From NCBI GenBank assembly GCA_003140595.1, contig PLKG01000095.1:5694-69693 (forward strand): DNA of 64,000 bases, read 5' to 3'. Every line of letters begins with the position of its first letter. Position 1 is the first letter of the stretch. Position numbers and translations under genes: made by a program. Origin of the DNA: Acidimicrobiaceae bacterium (GTDB lineage: Bacteria; Actinomycetota; Acidimicrobiia; Acidimicrobiales; Bog-793). Positions 29,655-37,961 of the stretch are shown piece after piece. The notes beneath the pieces are model-generated. The model ran no database searches. It had not been told where the DNA came from and was given only the letters and a program-made list of their open reading frames with translations.

Positions 29655-30312
29655 CGCCGTGCTCGTCGCGGGGAAGGATCTCCGCATCGAGATCCGCTCC
29701 AGGGTCGGGCTGAACCAGATCGGTCCATTTGCGCTCGCTGTCCTGCTCCTGTTCGGCCTGGCGCTCGGCCCTGACCGAAGGGTCCTCGCTCCAGCTTCGG
29801 CGGGCCTGTTCTGGGTAGCGGTCCTGCTGTCGACGATTCTCGGTGTTCAGCGCAGCTACGCCATCGAGTCCGTGGACGGGGCCCGAGACGGCCTGCGCCT
29901 GTCCGGCCTTGACCCGGCCGGGATCTTCCTCGGCAAGGCCGGTGCAGTGGTGGTCCAGCTTCTAGTTCTGGAGACTGCGCTCGCCGTCGGAGTTGCCTTG
30001 CTCTACGGGGCGCGCTTGTCGGGCGCTCTGGTCCTGATTGGCACGTGCGTCCTCGGTACCTTCGGGCTTGCGGCGGTCGGCACGCTTTATGGGGTCGTCG
30101 CCTCCGGACTGCGGATCCGCGAGACGCTTCTCCCACTGCTGTTCCTCCCAGTGGTCTCCCCGGTCCTGCTCGCCGCGACCAAGGCATGGGACGAGGCGCT
30201 CGCGGGAACGCCCGGCCGTGCGGGCGGCTGGCTGGACGTGCTCGCGGTCTTCGCCGTGCTCTATGTCGCCACCGGCATCGTCGCGTTCGGGCCGCTCTTG
30301 GAGGACGGATGA
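29644..30312 (+). CDS. ccmB: Heme exporter permease CcmB-like
   Basis: Six-helix membrane protein of CcmB size. It overlaps ccmA by 11 nt and ccmC by ATGA. Confidence 0.75.
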   Translation: MLRDAVLVAGKDLRIEIRSRVGLNQIGPFALAVLLLFGLALGPDRRVLAPASAGLFWVAVLLSTILGVQRSYAIESVDGARDGLRLSGLDPAGIFLGKAGAVVVQLLVLETALAVGVALLYGARLSGALVLIGTCVLGTFGLAAVGTLYGVVASGLRIRETLLPLLFLPVVSPVLLAATKAWDEALAGTPGRAGGWLDVLAVFAVLYVATGIVAFGPLLEDG

Positions 30313-31064
30313 GAGCCTCGACGCGCACCGTGCCGTCAGAACGTGTCGCTGTGGCGCTTCGCGTACTGGGTGTCGCATCGCTTGTGGGGGTGGTCGCGAC
30401 CGTGTGGTTGGGTCTGTTCGTCACGCCGCCCGACGAGTTCATGGGCAATCTCGTGCGCCTTCTCTACGTCCATCCTCCGATGGCGTGGGTCGCCTTCTTG
30501 GCCTATGGCGTCGCCAGCCTCGCGAGCCTGCTCTATTTGTGGCCACGAACGAGAAGCGAGCGCTTCGACCGCCTTGCCGGAGCCTCGGGCGAGGTCGGTG
30601 TCGTGTTCACAGGCCTCACGTTGGTGTCCGGGTCGATCTGGGGGCGGCCGACCTGGGGCGTGTGGTGGGTGTGGGATCCGCTGCTCACGACCACGGCGTT
30701 GCTTTTCGTGCTCTATCTCGGCTATCTCGCTCTGCGCCGCGTGCCCGGAGAGTTCCATGTTCGAGCCCGCCGGTCGGCGATCGGGGCCCTGATCGCGTTC
30801 ATCGACGTTCCGATTGTCTACCTCTCAGTTGAGTGGTGGCGAAGTCTGCACCAGGCACCGACGGTGCTCAACCCGACCACGCACAAGACCTATGTCCACG
30901 GCTCGATGGCCTGGACTCTTCTGCTCGGTTTCGTGTCGTTCACCCTCGTGTACACCTGGCTCGTAGCACACCGGTACCGGCTTGCCGAGTTGCAGGACGC
31001 GCAGGACACCGAGGGGCTCGAGATCGCCCTCGCGGAGCGTCGAGCAGAAGCGGTGGGAAGGTGA
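30309..31064 (+). CDS. ccmC: Heme exporter protein CcmC
   Basis: LYVHPPMAWVAF and the WWD motif WGRPTWGVWWVWDPLLTTT. The true start is ATG 30309. The 5' part of the track ORF from 30045 overlaps ccmB out of frame. Confidence 0.9.
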   Translation: MRASTRTVPSERVAVALRVLGVASLVGVVATVWLGLFVTPPDEFMGNLVRLLYVHPPMAWVAFLAYGVASLASLLYLWPRTRSERFDRLAGASGEVGVVFTGLTLVSGSIWGRPTWGVWWVWDPLLTTTALLFVLYLGYLALRRVPGEFHVRARRSAIGALIAFIDVPIVYLSVEWWRSLHQAPTVLNPTTHKTYVHGSMAWTLLLGFVSFTLVYTWLVAHRYRLAELQDAQDTEGLEIALAERRAEAVGR

Positions 31065-31300
31065 ACGGCTACGTCGAGGCCGGCTACATAATGGTCCTCG
31101 GCACGCTTTCGTCCTACGGGGTGGCCCTCGTTGCCCGTGAGCATGCCGCCAGGCGACGAGTCGGTACGGCAGCCGTCGAGGAGTCCATTGCCACCTCGGC
31201 CGATGCCCCCGTCACGGATCTCACCTCGCCAGCTCCCCGAGATACTCCGGTGGTGATGCCTGGTGAGCTCGAGCAGGACGCACCGGGGAGAGCCCCATGA
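31061..31300 (+). CDS. ccmD: CcmD-like small membrane protein (tentative)
   Basis: GTG 31061 overlaps the ccmC stop (GTGA). There is a single helix GYVEAGYIMVLGTLSSYGVALVA followed by REHAARRR, in the CcmD position. The ~45-aa tail is atypical. Confidence 0.4.
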   Translation: MNGYVEAGYIMVLGTLSSYGVALVAREHAARRRVGTAAVEESIATSADAPVTDLTSPAPRDTPVVMPGELEQDAPGRAP

Positions 31301-31896
31301 GCGACATCGGTCCGACCGGTGTCACCACGGCCGACTCGGCCACGGGCCCCGGCCGCCCGGGGTCATCGCGGGACGGCTTCGAGGACGAGTCGGCCTCCGG
31401 TGAGGCAGGGACAGCCCTGTCCGCGCCTCGGCGCATACCTAGGATCTTGAGCCCCGAACAACGGCGTCAACGTCGGCGGCTGGAAGTGGCAGGCGTTGTG
31501 ATCGTCGCCGCGATCGGCTTCCTCGTCTTCAAAGGGCTCACGTCCGCGATCGTGTTCTTCAAGACCGCCAACGAAGCCGTTGCACAGCGCGCGACCCTCG
31601 GCAACAGCACCTTCCAGCTCGAGGGCATGGTCTTACCGGGGACCGTTCACCTGATTCGGGAGAGCTCGGGGACGACAGTGGGCTTTGTCGTCGAATCGAG
31701 TGGCGTCAAGGTCGCCGTGACCAATACCGGATCGCCTCCGCAGCTGTTCCAGCCGGGGATCCCGGTCATCGTCGTCGGCCACTTCGTCGGTGCCTCGGAC
31801 CGGTTTGCTTCGGACCAGATCCTCGTCAAGCACTCCAACAGCTACATTGCGGCGCACCCGAACCGGGTGAGGGCGCTGAACGGGACGAAGAGATGA
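31297..31896 (+). CDS. ccmE: Cytochrome c heme chaperone CcmE
   Basis: TM anchor VAGVVIVAAIGFLVF, an OB-fold region FQLEGMVLPGTV...GIPVIVVGHF, and the heme-binding H-x3-Y in ILVKHSNSY. An alternative start at TTG 31447 would remove the low-complexity N-terminus. Confidence 0.8.
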   Translation: MSDIGPTGVTTADSATGPGRPGSSRDGFEDESASGEAGTALSAPRRIPRILSPEQRRQRRRLEVAGVVIVAAIGFLVFKGLTSAIVFFKTANEAVAQRATLGNSTFQLEGMVLPGTVHLIRESSGTTVGFVVESSGVKVAVTNTGSPPQLFQPGIPVIVVGHFVGASDRFASDQILVKHSNSYIAAHPNRVRALNGTKR

Positions 31897-33953
31897 ACGC
31901 GGCTCTGGGGCTGATCGGTGTCGCGCTCGGCCTGCTTGCGGCGGTGGCGGGAGTTGTCACGATCGGGGCGGGTTTGGCGACAGGTCGCCAGTCGCTGTTC
32001 CTGCATGCCCGCACATTTGCCTTCTGGGTGCTCGCCGGGGCGGTCCTTGCGACCGTAGGCATGGAGCGGGCGCTTTTGACCCACGACTTCTCGATCGCTT
32101 TCGTGGCGGCGAACAACAGTCGTGAGACGCCGACGCTGTACTCCATCACCGGCATGTGGTCGGCTCTCCAGGGTTCGATCCTGCTTTGGGCCCTGATCCT
32201 CGCCGGGTACCTGGCGGCGATGACCCACGCGTTCCGCAAGCGGGCATCCGATCCTCTCGTGGCATGGTCGAGCCTGGTGGGGCTCTGCGTGGCCGTCTTC
32301 TTCTTCGCCCTCATGGCGGGTCCCGCGAACCCGTTCGCGCATGTCATCGGCAGGATCCCTGGCGATGGTTCCGGCCCGAACCCGCTCCTGCAGGACAACC
32401 CGCTGATCGCTTTCCATCCGGTCCTGTTGTACTTGGGCTTTGTCGGCTTCACCGTGCCGTTCTGCTTCGCCATAGCCACGCTCGTGACCGGGCGCCTCAA
32501 TGAGGGATGGCTCGGGGAGACCCGCCGATGGACGCTGTTCGCATGGGTCTTTCTCACGATCGGCATCGTGCTCGGGGCCTGGTGGTCCTACCAGGTCCTC
32601 GGGTGGGGGGGCTTTTGGGGTTGGGACCCGGTGGAGAACGCGGCGCTCCTGCCGTGGCTTTGTGGCACGGCGTATGTGCACTCGGTGATGGTCCAAGAAA
32701 GGCGCGGCCTCCTGCGGGTCTGGAACCTGTCACTTCTGATAGCGGCGTTCTCGCTCACCATCCTCGGGACGTTCCTGACCCGTTCCGGGGTGCTGGTATC
32801 GGTGCACTCCTTCTCGAACTCGACGGTCGGCCCGGTGCTGCTGAGTTTCTTCGGCCTGGTTGTCGCCGTCAGCATCGGGCTGATCGCCTGGCGCGGTGAC
32901 CGCCTGCGTTCGCCCGGGACCATCGACGCCGCCGTATCGCGGGAGGGTGCATTCCTCCTCAACAACCTCCTCTTCGCAGGTTTCGCGCTCGTCGTGCTCC
33001 TCGGAACCGTCTTCCCGCTCTTTGTCGAGGCGGTGACCGGCCAACAGATCACTGTGGGGCGGCCCTACTTCGACACGATGACCCTTCCGATCGGTTTTGC
33101 ACTCCTGTTCTTCATGGCGGTCGCGCCGGCGCTCCCGTGGCGAAAGGCGGCGCCGGGCGTGCTTCGCCGCCGCCTCGCGATACCGGCATGGATCGGGGTC
33201 GGTGTCATCGTGGTCTGCGTCCTCGCGGGCGTGCGCGGTTTGACCCCTCTCGTTGCCTTTGGTCTGGGCGGATTTGCCGGGGCGAGCGCGGTGCGCCAGG
33301 TGGTGCTCGCGGCTGTCGGTTCACACAACGCGGGCGGGGGACCATGGCGGGCACTGTTCGGCCGTGCAAACGGCGGGATGATCGTGCATCTCGGCGTCGT
33401 CGTGGTTGCGGTGGCCCTCGCTGCGGCCAGCTCTTATGGCCAGCGGACACAACTGGTCTTGAAGCCCGGTCAGTCGATTCGCTACGACGGTCACATCTTC
33501 ACCTACGTGGGCTCGAAGCGATTCAGTCTGCCGAACAAGAGTGGCGAGATAGCGACGGTCTTAGTGGACGGGGCGCCCTTCCAACCGGCCATCAGCGTCT
33601 TCCCCGGAAGCGAGGGGATCGGTACCCCGGCCGTGGACTCGTCGGTCCGCGAGGACACCTATCTCACCGTCGCCGACATCGACGTCTCGCCGCATGGCCC
33701 GGCGACCATCGACGTCGTCATCCAGCCCATGGTGCTGTGGCTCTGGGTCGGCGGGGCCATCACGGCTTTCGGGGCAGTGCTCGCCGCGATCCCCAGTCGG
33801 CGCCGGCGAGGTTCCAAGGACAGGCGCGCAGTGCCCGGGACATCAGAGCTGACCGGTTCGCAGGAGATCCGACTTGCTGAGACGGTCCAGGATCACGGAC
33901 CGGGCCCCGACGACGTGACCCAAGCGCCCGTCGGTGCGGGAGCAAATTCGTGA
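31893..33953 (+). CDS. ccmF: Cytochrome c heme lyase subunit CcmF
   Basis: WWD motif GWGGFWGWDPVENAALLPWL, ~15 helices, 686 aa. ATGA overlap with ccmE. Confidence 0.9.
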   Translation: MNAALGLIGVALGLLAAVAGVVTIGAGLATGRQSLFLHARTFAFWVLAGAVLATVGMERALLTHDFSIAFVAANNSRETPTLYSITGMWSALQGSILLWALILAGYLAAMTHAFRKRASDPLVAWSSLVGLCVAVFFFALMAGPANPFAHVIGRIPGDGSGPNPLLQDNPLIAFHPVLLYLGFVGFTVPFCFAIATLVTGRLNEGWLGETRRWTLFAWVFLTIGIVLGAWWSYQVLGWGGFWGWDPVENAALLPWLCGTAYVHSVMVQERRGLLRVWNLSLLIAAFSLTILGTFLTRSGVLVSVHSFSNSTVGPVLLSFFGLVVAVSIGLIAWRGDRLRSPGTIDAAVSREGAFLLNNLLFAGFALVVLLGTVFPLFVEAVTGQQITVGRPYFDTMTLPIGFALLFFMAVAPALPWRKAAPGVLRRRLAIPAWIGVGVIVVCVLAGVRGLTPLVAFGLGGFAGASAVRQVVLAAVGSHNAGGGPWRALFGRANGGMIVHLGVVVVAVALAAASSYGQRTQLVLKPGQSIRYDGHIFTYVGSKRFSLPNKSGEIATVLVDGAPFQPAISVFPGSEGIGTPAVDSSVREDTYLTVADIDVSPHGPATIDVVIQPMVLWLWVGGAITAFGAVLAAIPSRRRRGSKDRRAVPGTSELTGSQEIRLAETVQDHGPGPDDVTQAPVGAGANS

Positions 33954-34504
33954 TCGCCCTGCGTCGCCACGTGCGGCTCGCGCGATGGGCCGCGTGCGTT
34001 GTCGGTCTCGGCGTGCTCGGGCTCGTCGCGGTGCTGGCGAGCCGGCCCGCCGCGACTCAGACGGCCTCGAGCTTCCTGATCGGCAAGCCCGCTCCGCCCG
34101 TTGAGGGCCGCAATCTTGCAGGCGGCGTCTCGTCATTGGCAAGTCTTCGCGGTCGCTGGGTGGTCCTCAACTTCTTTGCGAGCTGGTGTCCCCCATGCCG
34201 GAGCGAGTCACCTGATCTCGTCAGGTTTGCGTACAGCCATCCAGCCGGGCAGCGAGTCGCGGTGATGGGTGTCGTGTTCGGCGACACGGCGGCCAACGCC
34301 GCGGCCTTCGAGCGACAGGCCGGAGCCACCTGGCCGTCGGTCGTCGATCCGGACGAGGCGATCGCGATCAGCTATGGCGTCGACGATCCTCCGCAGTCAT
34401 TCCTGATCGCCCCCGATGGCAAGGTCGTGGACAGGATCCTCGGGGGAGCGACTGCGGACGGCCTGGACCGACTTGTCGCGCACGGCGTCGCGGCGCACGA
34501 GTGA
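33950..34504 (+). CDS. ccmG: Thiol:disulfide oxidoreductase CcmG/DsbE (TlpA family)
   Basis: TM anchor plus the thioredoxin motif FFASWCPPCRSE. GTGA overlap with ccmF. Confidence 0.85.
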   Translation: MIALRRHVRLARWAACVVGLGVLGLVAVLASRPAATQTASSFLIGKPAPPVEGRNLAGGVSSLASLRGRWVVLNFFASWCPPCRSESPDLVRFAYSHPAGQRVAVMGVVFGDTAANAAAFERQAGATWPSVVDPDEAIAISYGVDDPPQSFLIAPDGKVVDRILGGATADGLDRLVAHGVAAHE

Positions 34505-34971
34505 CAACGCAGGTCGAACCGACGACGCGGCACAACGGCTGGCGCTCCGGCCAGCATGTCGCCTCTGTTCTCGCGTCCCGACCGGCTTGGGTGATCGTGG
34601 CCGTTATTGCCGTGCTCGCGCTGGGCTTTGGAAGCGTGCACCCGGCACAGCCCAGCTCATCGGCGAGGATCGCCCACCTTGACAGCGTGATCAAATGCCC
34701 GAGCTGCATCGACCTGTCGATTGCTCAGTCGGACGCGCCCATCGCAGTCGGGTTGCGGGCCGAGGTTGCCGCGTGGGTCCATGAGGGGCTGAGCGACGCG
34801 CGGATCAAGGAACTGGTCGTCGCGCGCTTCGGCGAACAGGCGCTGCTGGTTCCCTCCGGGTCGGGAGCAGACATTCTCCTGTGGGCCGTGCCGGTCGTCG
34901 CCATCGGCGGTGCAGGGGTTCTACTCGCCGTGTACCTGTGGAGGCGCCGGCGCCTCGAGGCGTCCCGGTGA
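34501..34971 (+). CDS. ccmH: Cytochrome c maturation protein CcmH/NrfF
   Basis: IKCPSCIDLSIAQSDAPIA (CxxC motif), RIKELVVARFGEQALL, and a C-terminal TM segment. GTGA overlap with ccmG. Confidence 0.8.
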   Translation: MTTQVEPTTRHNGWRSGQHVASVLASRPAWVIVAVIAVLALGFGSVHPAQPSSSARIAHLDSVIKCPSCIDLSIAQSDAPIAVGLRAEVAAWVHEGLSDARIKELVVARFGEQALLVPSGSGADILLWAVPVVAIGGAGVLLAVYLWRRRRLEASR

Positions 34972-35918
34972 ACCTCAAGAGCGCGAGCGGCCGGCGGGGT
35001 GCCGGGAGCGGGTCGCGTCGATCGAGCCCCGACGCGTTGGCGAACGAGCGGCAGTTCCTCCTCCAGTCGATGGAGGATCTCGAGGACCAGCGCGCGGCGG
35101 GCGAGGTCGATGAGGAGGACTTCGCAGTCCTCGATTCGCGCTACGGAAGGCGCCTCGCCGAGGTCGAAGCTGCGATCGCGGACCTTCCGGCACCTGCTCT
35201 TGAGACCCCCGGCCCCGCAGCGCCCGAGCGCGCCCGAAACCCCGGCGGCACTGACCTGCTTGCGAACCGGCTCGACGGCGCTGCTCGCGCATCGGCGGCT
35301 GGCCGGATGCGCCGGTGTCTTGCGGGCCGGCGGACGCGCCTGTTGGTCGGGATCGGCGCGGCCGTGTGTTTCGCCGTGGCGGCGATCCTGCTGGCGGCGT
35401 CGCTCGCCGGTGTCCGCCTCCCGGGTGAGTCAGCGACGGGATCGGTGTCGGTGTCGTCGGCCCAGCTGGAGCAGGAGACGCTCGACCGGGCCGCGATCCT
35501 CGGCAGCGAAGGTCGGGTGGCAGAGGCGGTTCAGCTCTACAACCAAGTGCTGCAGAAGGACCCGAACCAACCCGACGCCCTTGTGTACGGCGGCTGGCTG
35601 GTTCGCCTCGCAGGGCTCGCGTCCAAGAATCAGCTCGTGGTCGCCCGGGGTGACGCGTCAGTCGCGAGGGCAGTCAAGATCGCGCCCGCCTACCCCGACG
35701 GTCACGCACTTTTCGGCGTGATCCTCTACGAGGATTTCGGTAGACCGGGTGCCGCCTCGGTCCAGTTCCGGGACGCGCTCGACACGCGAGCCTCCAAGAA
35801 CCTGCTGATGTCGGTCGCCGCGATAGCGGCGAAAGCCTTCGCGGCTTCGAGGGAGCCGTTGCCGTCCCGCTACGGCGCTGCCGCCAGGAGCGCCGCGATG
35901 CAGGCCCCGCCCGGCTGA
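34968..35918 (+). CDS. CcmI-like TM plus TPR protein (tentative)
   Basis: GTG 34968 overlaps the ccmH stop. There is one TM segment, LLVGIGAAVCFAVAAILLAASLAG, and a C-terminal TPR-like region AEAVQLYNQVLQKDPNQPDALVYGGW. Confidence 0.55.
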   Translation: MNLKSASGRRGAGSGSRRSSPDALANERQFLLQSMEDLEDQRAAGEVDEEDFAVLDSRYGRRLAEVEAAIADLPAPALETPGPAAPERARNPGGTDLLANRLDGAARASAAGRMRRCLAGRRTRLLVGIGAAVCFAVAAILLAASLAGVRLPGESATGSVSVSSAQLEQETLDRAAILGSEGRVAEAVQLYNQVLQKDPNQPDALVYGGWLVRLAGLASKNQLVVARGDASVARAVKIAPAYPDGHALFGVILYEDFGRPGAASVQFRDALDTRASKNLLMSVAAIAAKAFAASREPLPSRYGAAARSAAMQAPPG

Positions 35919-35962
35919 GGTTGACACAGCCGGTGGTCGTGGTGCCTCAGGCCGGGAGCGCT

Positions 35963-37111
35963 CTACCAAGACGTCCCGAGAGAGCGCAGCCGCTCCACCA
36001 CCGGCCTGAAAGCTGCGGCAAACGCCTCGACATCCGCGTCGGTCGTCGACCAGCCGACCGAGAGCCGGAGAGAACGGTCCGGGTCGACCTTCATCGCAGC
36101 GAGGACCGGAGAGGGCTCGATTGATTCGGACGAGCACGCGGAGCCGGAGTGTGCGGCGACGCCTGACCGATCGAGGCCGAGCAGGACAGCCTCTGCCAAG
36201 ACGCCGCCGACCGCCAGGTTCACGATGTGCGGCACGCGCCTTGTGGTGTCGCCGAGCACCACGACATCGACGAGCGACATCGCCACCTCGACGAGCGCGT
36301 TAGTCATGCGGCGAGCGGCGGCAGCTTCCTTCGCCAGCTCACCGGGCTTGCACAATGCGGCTGCCGCTGCGCCAAATCCGACGATCCCGACCAAGTTCTC
36401 GAGGCCGCCGCGGCGCGCCCGCTCTTGTGCACCTCCCACGATGAACGGCTCGAGGCGCATGCCACGACGGACCACCAGCGCCCCGATGCCAGCCGGCCCG
36501 CCCAGCTTGTGAGCGCTTACCGAGAGCAGGTCGGCGCCGAGCGCATCGAACTCGATGGGGACGTGACCGAGCGCCGCGGCAGCGTCGATGTGCACGGGCA
36601 CGCCCGCAGACCGCCCGCTCGCCACGACTTCGGCCACCGGCTGCAGTGTCCCGACCTCGTGGTTGCACCACTGGCAGTTCACAAGTGCCGGCCGATCGGC
36701 TGCACTGTCGGAGAGCAGCGTTTGGAGATGGTCGAGATCGATGCGGCCCGTCGAGTCCACATCGACGGGGAGGACGGCTCGGTGGCGCAGGCAGGCCTCG
36801 CGCACGCAGGAGTGCTCGACGTCGGCGCAGATCATTGGTGCACCGACGCGAGCCTGCCCGGCTGCGAAGACGGCGGCGTTGGCGGCCTCTGTGCCGCCAC
36901 TTGTGAACACGACGCGGTTCGCCGTTGTTCCGAGCAGTTGTGCGACTGCCTCCCGTGCCCTCTCGATGGCGTCGCGCACCGCGTGGCCTTCGGCGTGAAC
37001 GCGACCCGGATCGCCCGCCCAGCGGGCAAAGAGCCACTCGGACATCGCTTCGGCCGCCTCGGGCCTAAGGACGGAGGTCGAGGCGTGGTCGAGATAGTGG
37101 CGGTTGCTCAA
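35963..37111 (-). CDS. Cysteine desulfurase (class V aminotransferase, NifS/IscS-like)
   Basis: YLDHASTSVL, FTSGGTEANN-like FTSGGTEAANAA, the PLP lysine in SVSAHKLGGPAGIGALVV, and the active-site loop HSGSACSS. A TTG 37111 start (MSNRHYLDHAST) avoids overlap with the upstream regulator. The track ORF starts at 37210. Confidence 0.85.
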   Translation of the reverse strand: MSNRHYLDHASTSVLRPEAAEAMSEWLFARWAGDPGRVHAEGHAVRDAIERAREAVAQLLGTTANRVVFTSGGTEAANAAVFAAGQARVGAPMICADVEHSCVREACLRHRAVLPVDVDSTGRIDLDHLQTLLSDSAADRPALVNCQWCNHEVGTLQPVAEVVASGRSAGVPVHIDAAAALGHVPIEFDALGADLLSVSAHKLGGPAGIGALVVRRGMRLEPFIVGGAQERARRGGLENLVGIVGFGAAAAALCKPGELAKEAAAARRMTNALVEVAMSLVDVVVLGDTTRRVPHIVNLAVGGVLAEAVLLGLDRSGVAAHSGSACSSESIEPSPVLAAMKVDPDRSLRLSVGWSTTDADVEAFAAAFRPVVERLRSLGTSW

Positions 37112-37145
37112 CTGCGCTTCAGTGCGGCCCGCCGGTGGCGTGGAG

Positions 37146-37862
37146 TCAGCCCGCGACAGTGGCACAGACCTCGTCACCGCGCGCCCGGGACGAGAGCTGA
37201 ACCGGCACACCGTCCCGGCACAGACCGTTCAGCAGACCCTCTACAAGACCCCTGTCGGCAGCGCACAGCACGGGATGATCGATGGCGGCCTCACCGAAGG
37301 GGCAATGGTCCCGGACGATGGAGTTGGGCGATCCGGCGACTCCGCCGTGTGCTGCGAATCCTTGTGCAGTCAAAGCCTCCGCCACCGACTGCATCGCAGA
37401 GCGCAGCGACTTTGGGGCGTCGCCCGGGGCCATCTGTAGGGCGAGCGAACGGCCGTACTCGGCACCGACTTCGTGAGCGATCTGCTCGGCCTGCACGGGG
37501 TCCACTATCGCCAGAAGCCGGCCGAGCAGTGCGAGGAGGAGATCATCCCGCAGCGCCGGTACCGAGGCCGTGGTGTTTCCGACGCCCGCGAGATAGCGCT
37601 TTGACGGACGACCAACCCCGGCGTTGTCGCGGTCGACATAGACATCGAGGTAACCGCCCGCGGCCAGCTTGTCGAGATGATGGCGAGCCACGTTCGGATG
37701 AAGGGTGAAGTGATCGGCCACCTCGGTGGCGGTCACGCCTTGGCGTTCTCGAGCGAACAGGTAGATCTGGCGCCGGGTGTTGTCTCCGAACGCAGAGGTG
37801 ATCGCGGCCACCGTCGCCGAGAAGCCCTCGTCGGTGCCTGCCGGTGCTTGTGACTGGCGCAT
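37146..37862 (-). CDS. HTH transcriptional regulator with a C-terminal four-Cys cluster (SufR-like)
   Basis: Winged-helix part TRRQIYLFARERQGVTATEVADHFTLHPNVARHHLDKLAAGGYL. The C-terminal part reads CPFGEAAIDHPVLC-x14-C-x17-C. Start at ATG 37862. Confidence 0.65.
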   Translation of the reverse strand: MRQSQAPAGTDEGFSATVAAITSAFGDNTRRQIYLFARERQGVTATEVADHFTLHPNVARHHLDKLAAGGYLDVYVDRDNAGVGRPSKRYLAGVGNTTASVPALRDDLLLALLGRLLAIVDPVQAEQIAHEVGAEYGRSLALQMAPGDAPKSLRSAMQSVAEALTAQGFAAHGGVAGSPNSIVRDHCPFGEAAIDHPVLCAADRGLVEGLLNGLCRDGVPVQLSSRARGDEVCATVAG

Positions 37863-37961
37863 GAGTTCGCCCACACCGTTATGGTACCGGGGGCTGCTCT
37901 GCTGCAGAGCACGACGCCGGTACCGACCGAGGACGTGAATGACCGGACTTCCGACAGGCTC

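Noticed and set aside
36227-37708. 493-aa plus-strand ORF
   Set aside because: It is antisense to the cysteine desulfurase (PLP-Lys motif SAHKLGGP on the minus strand) and the SufR-like regulator.
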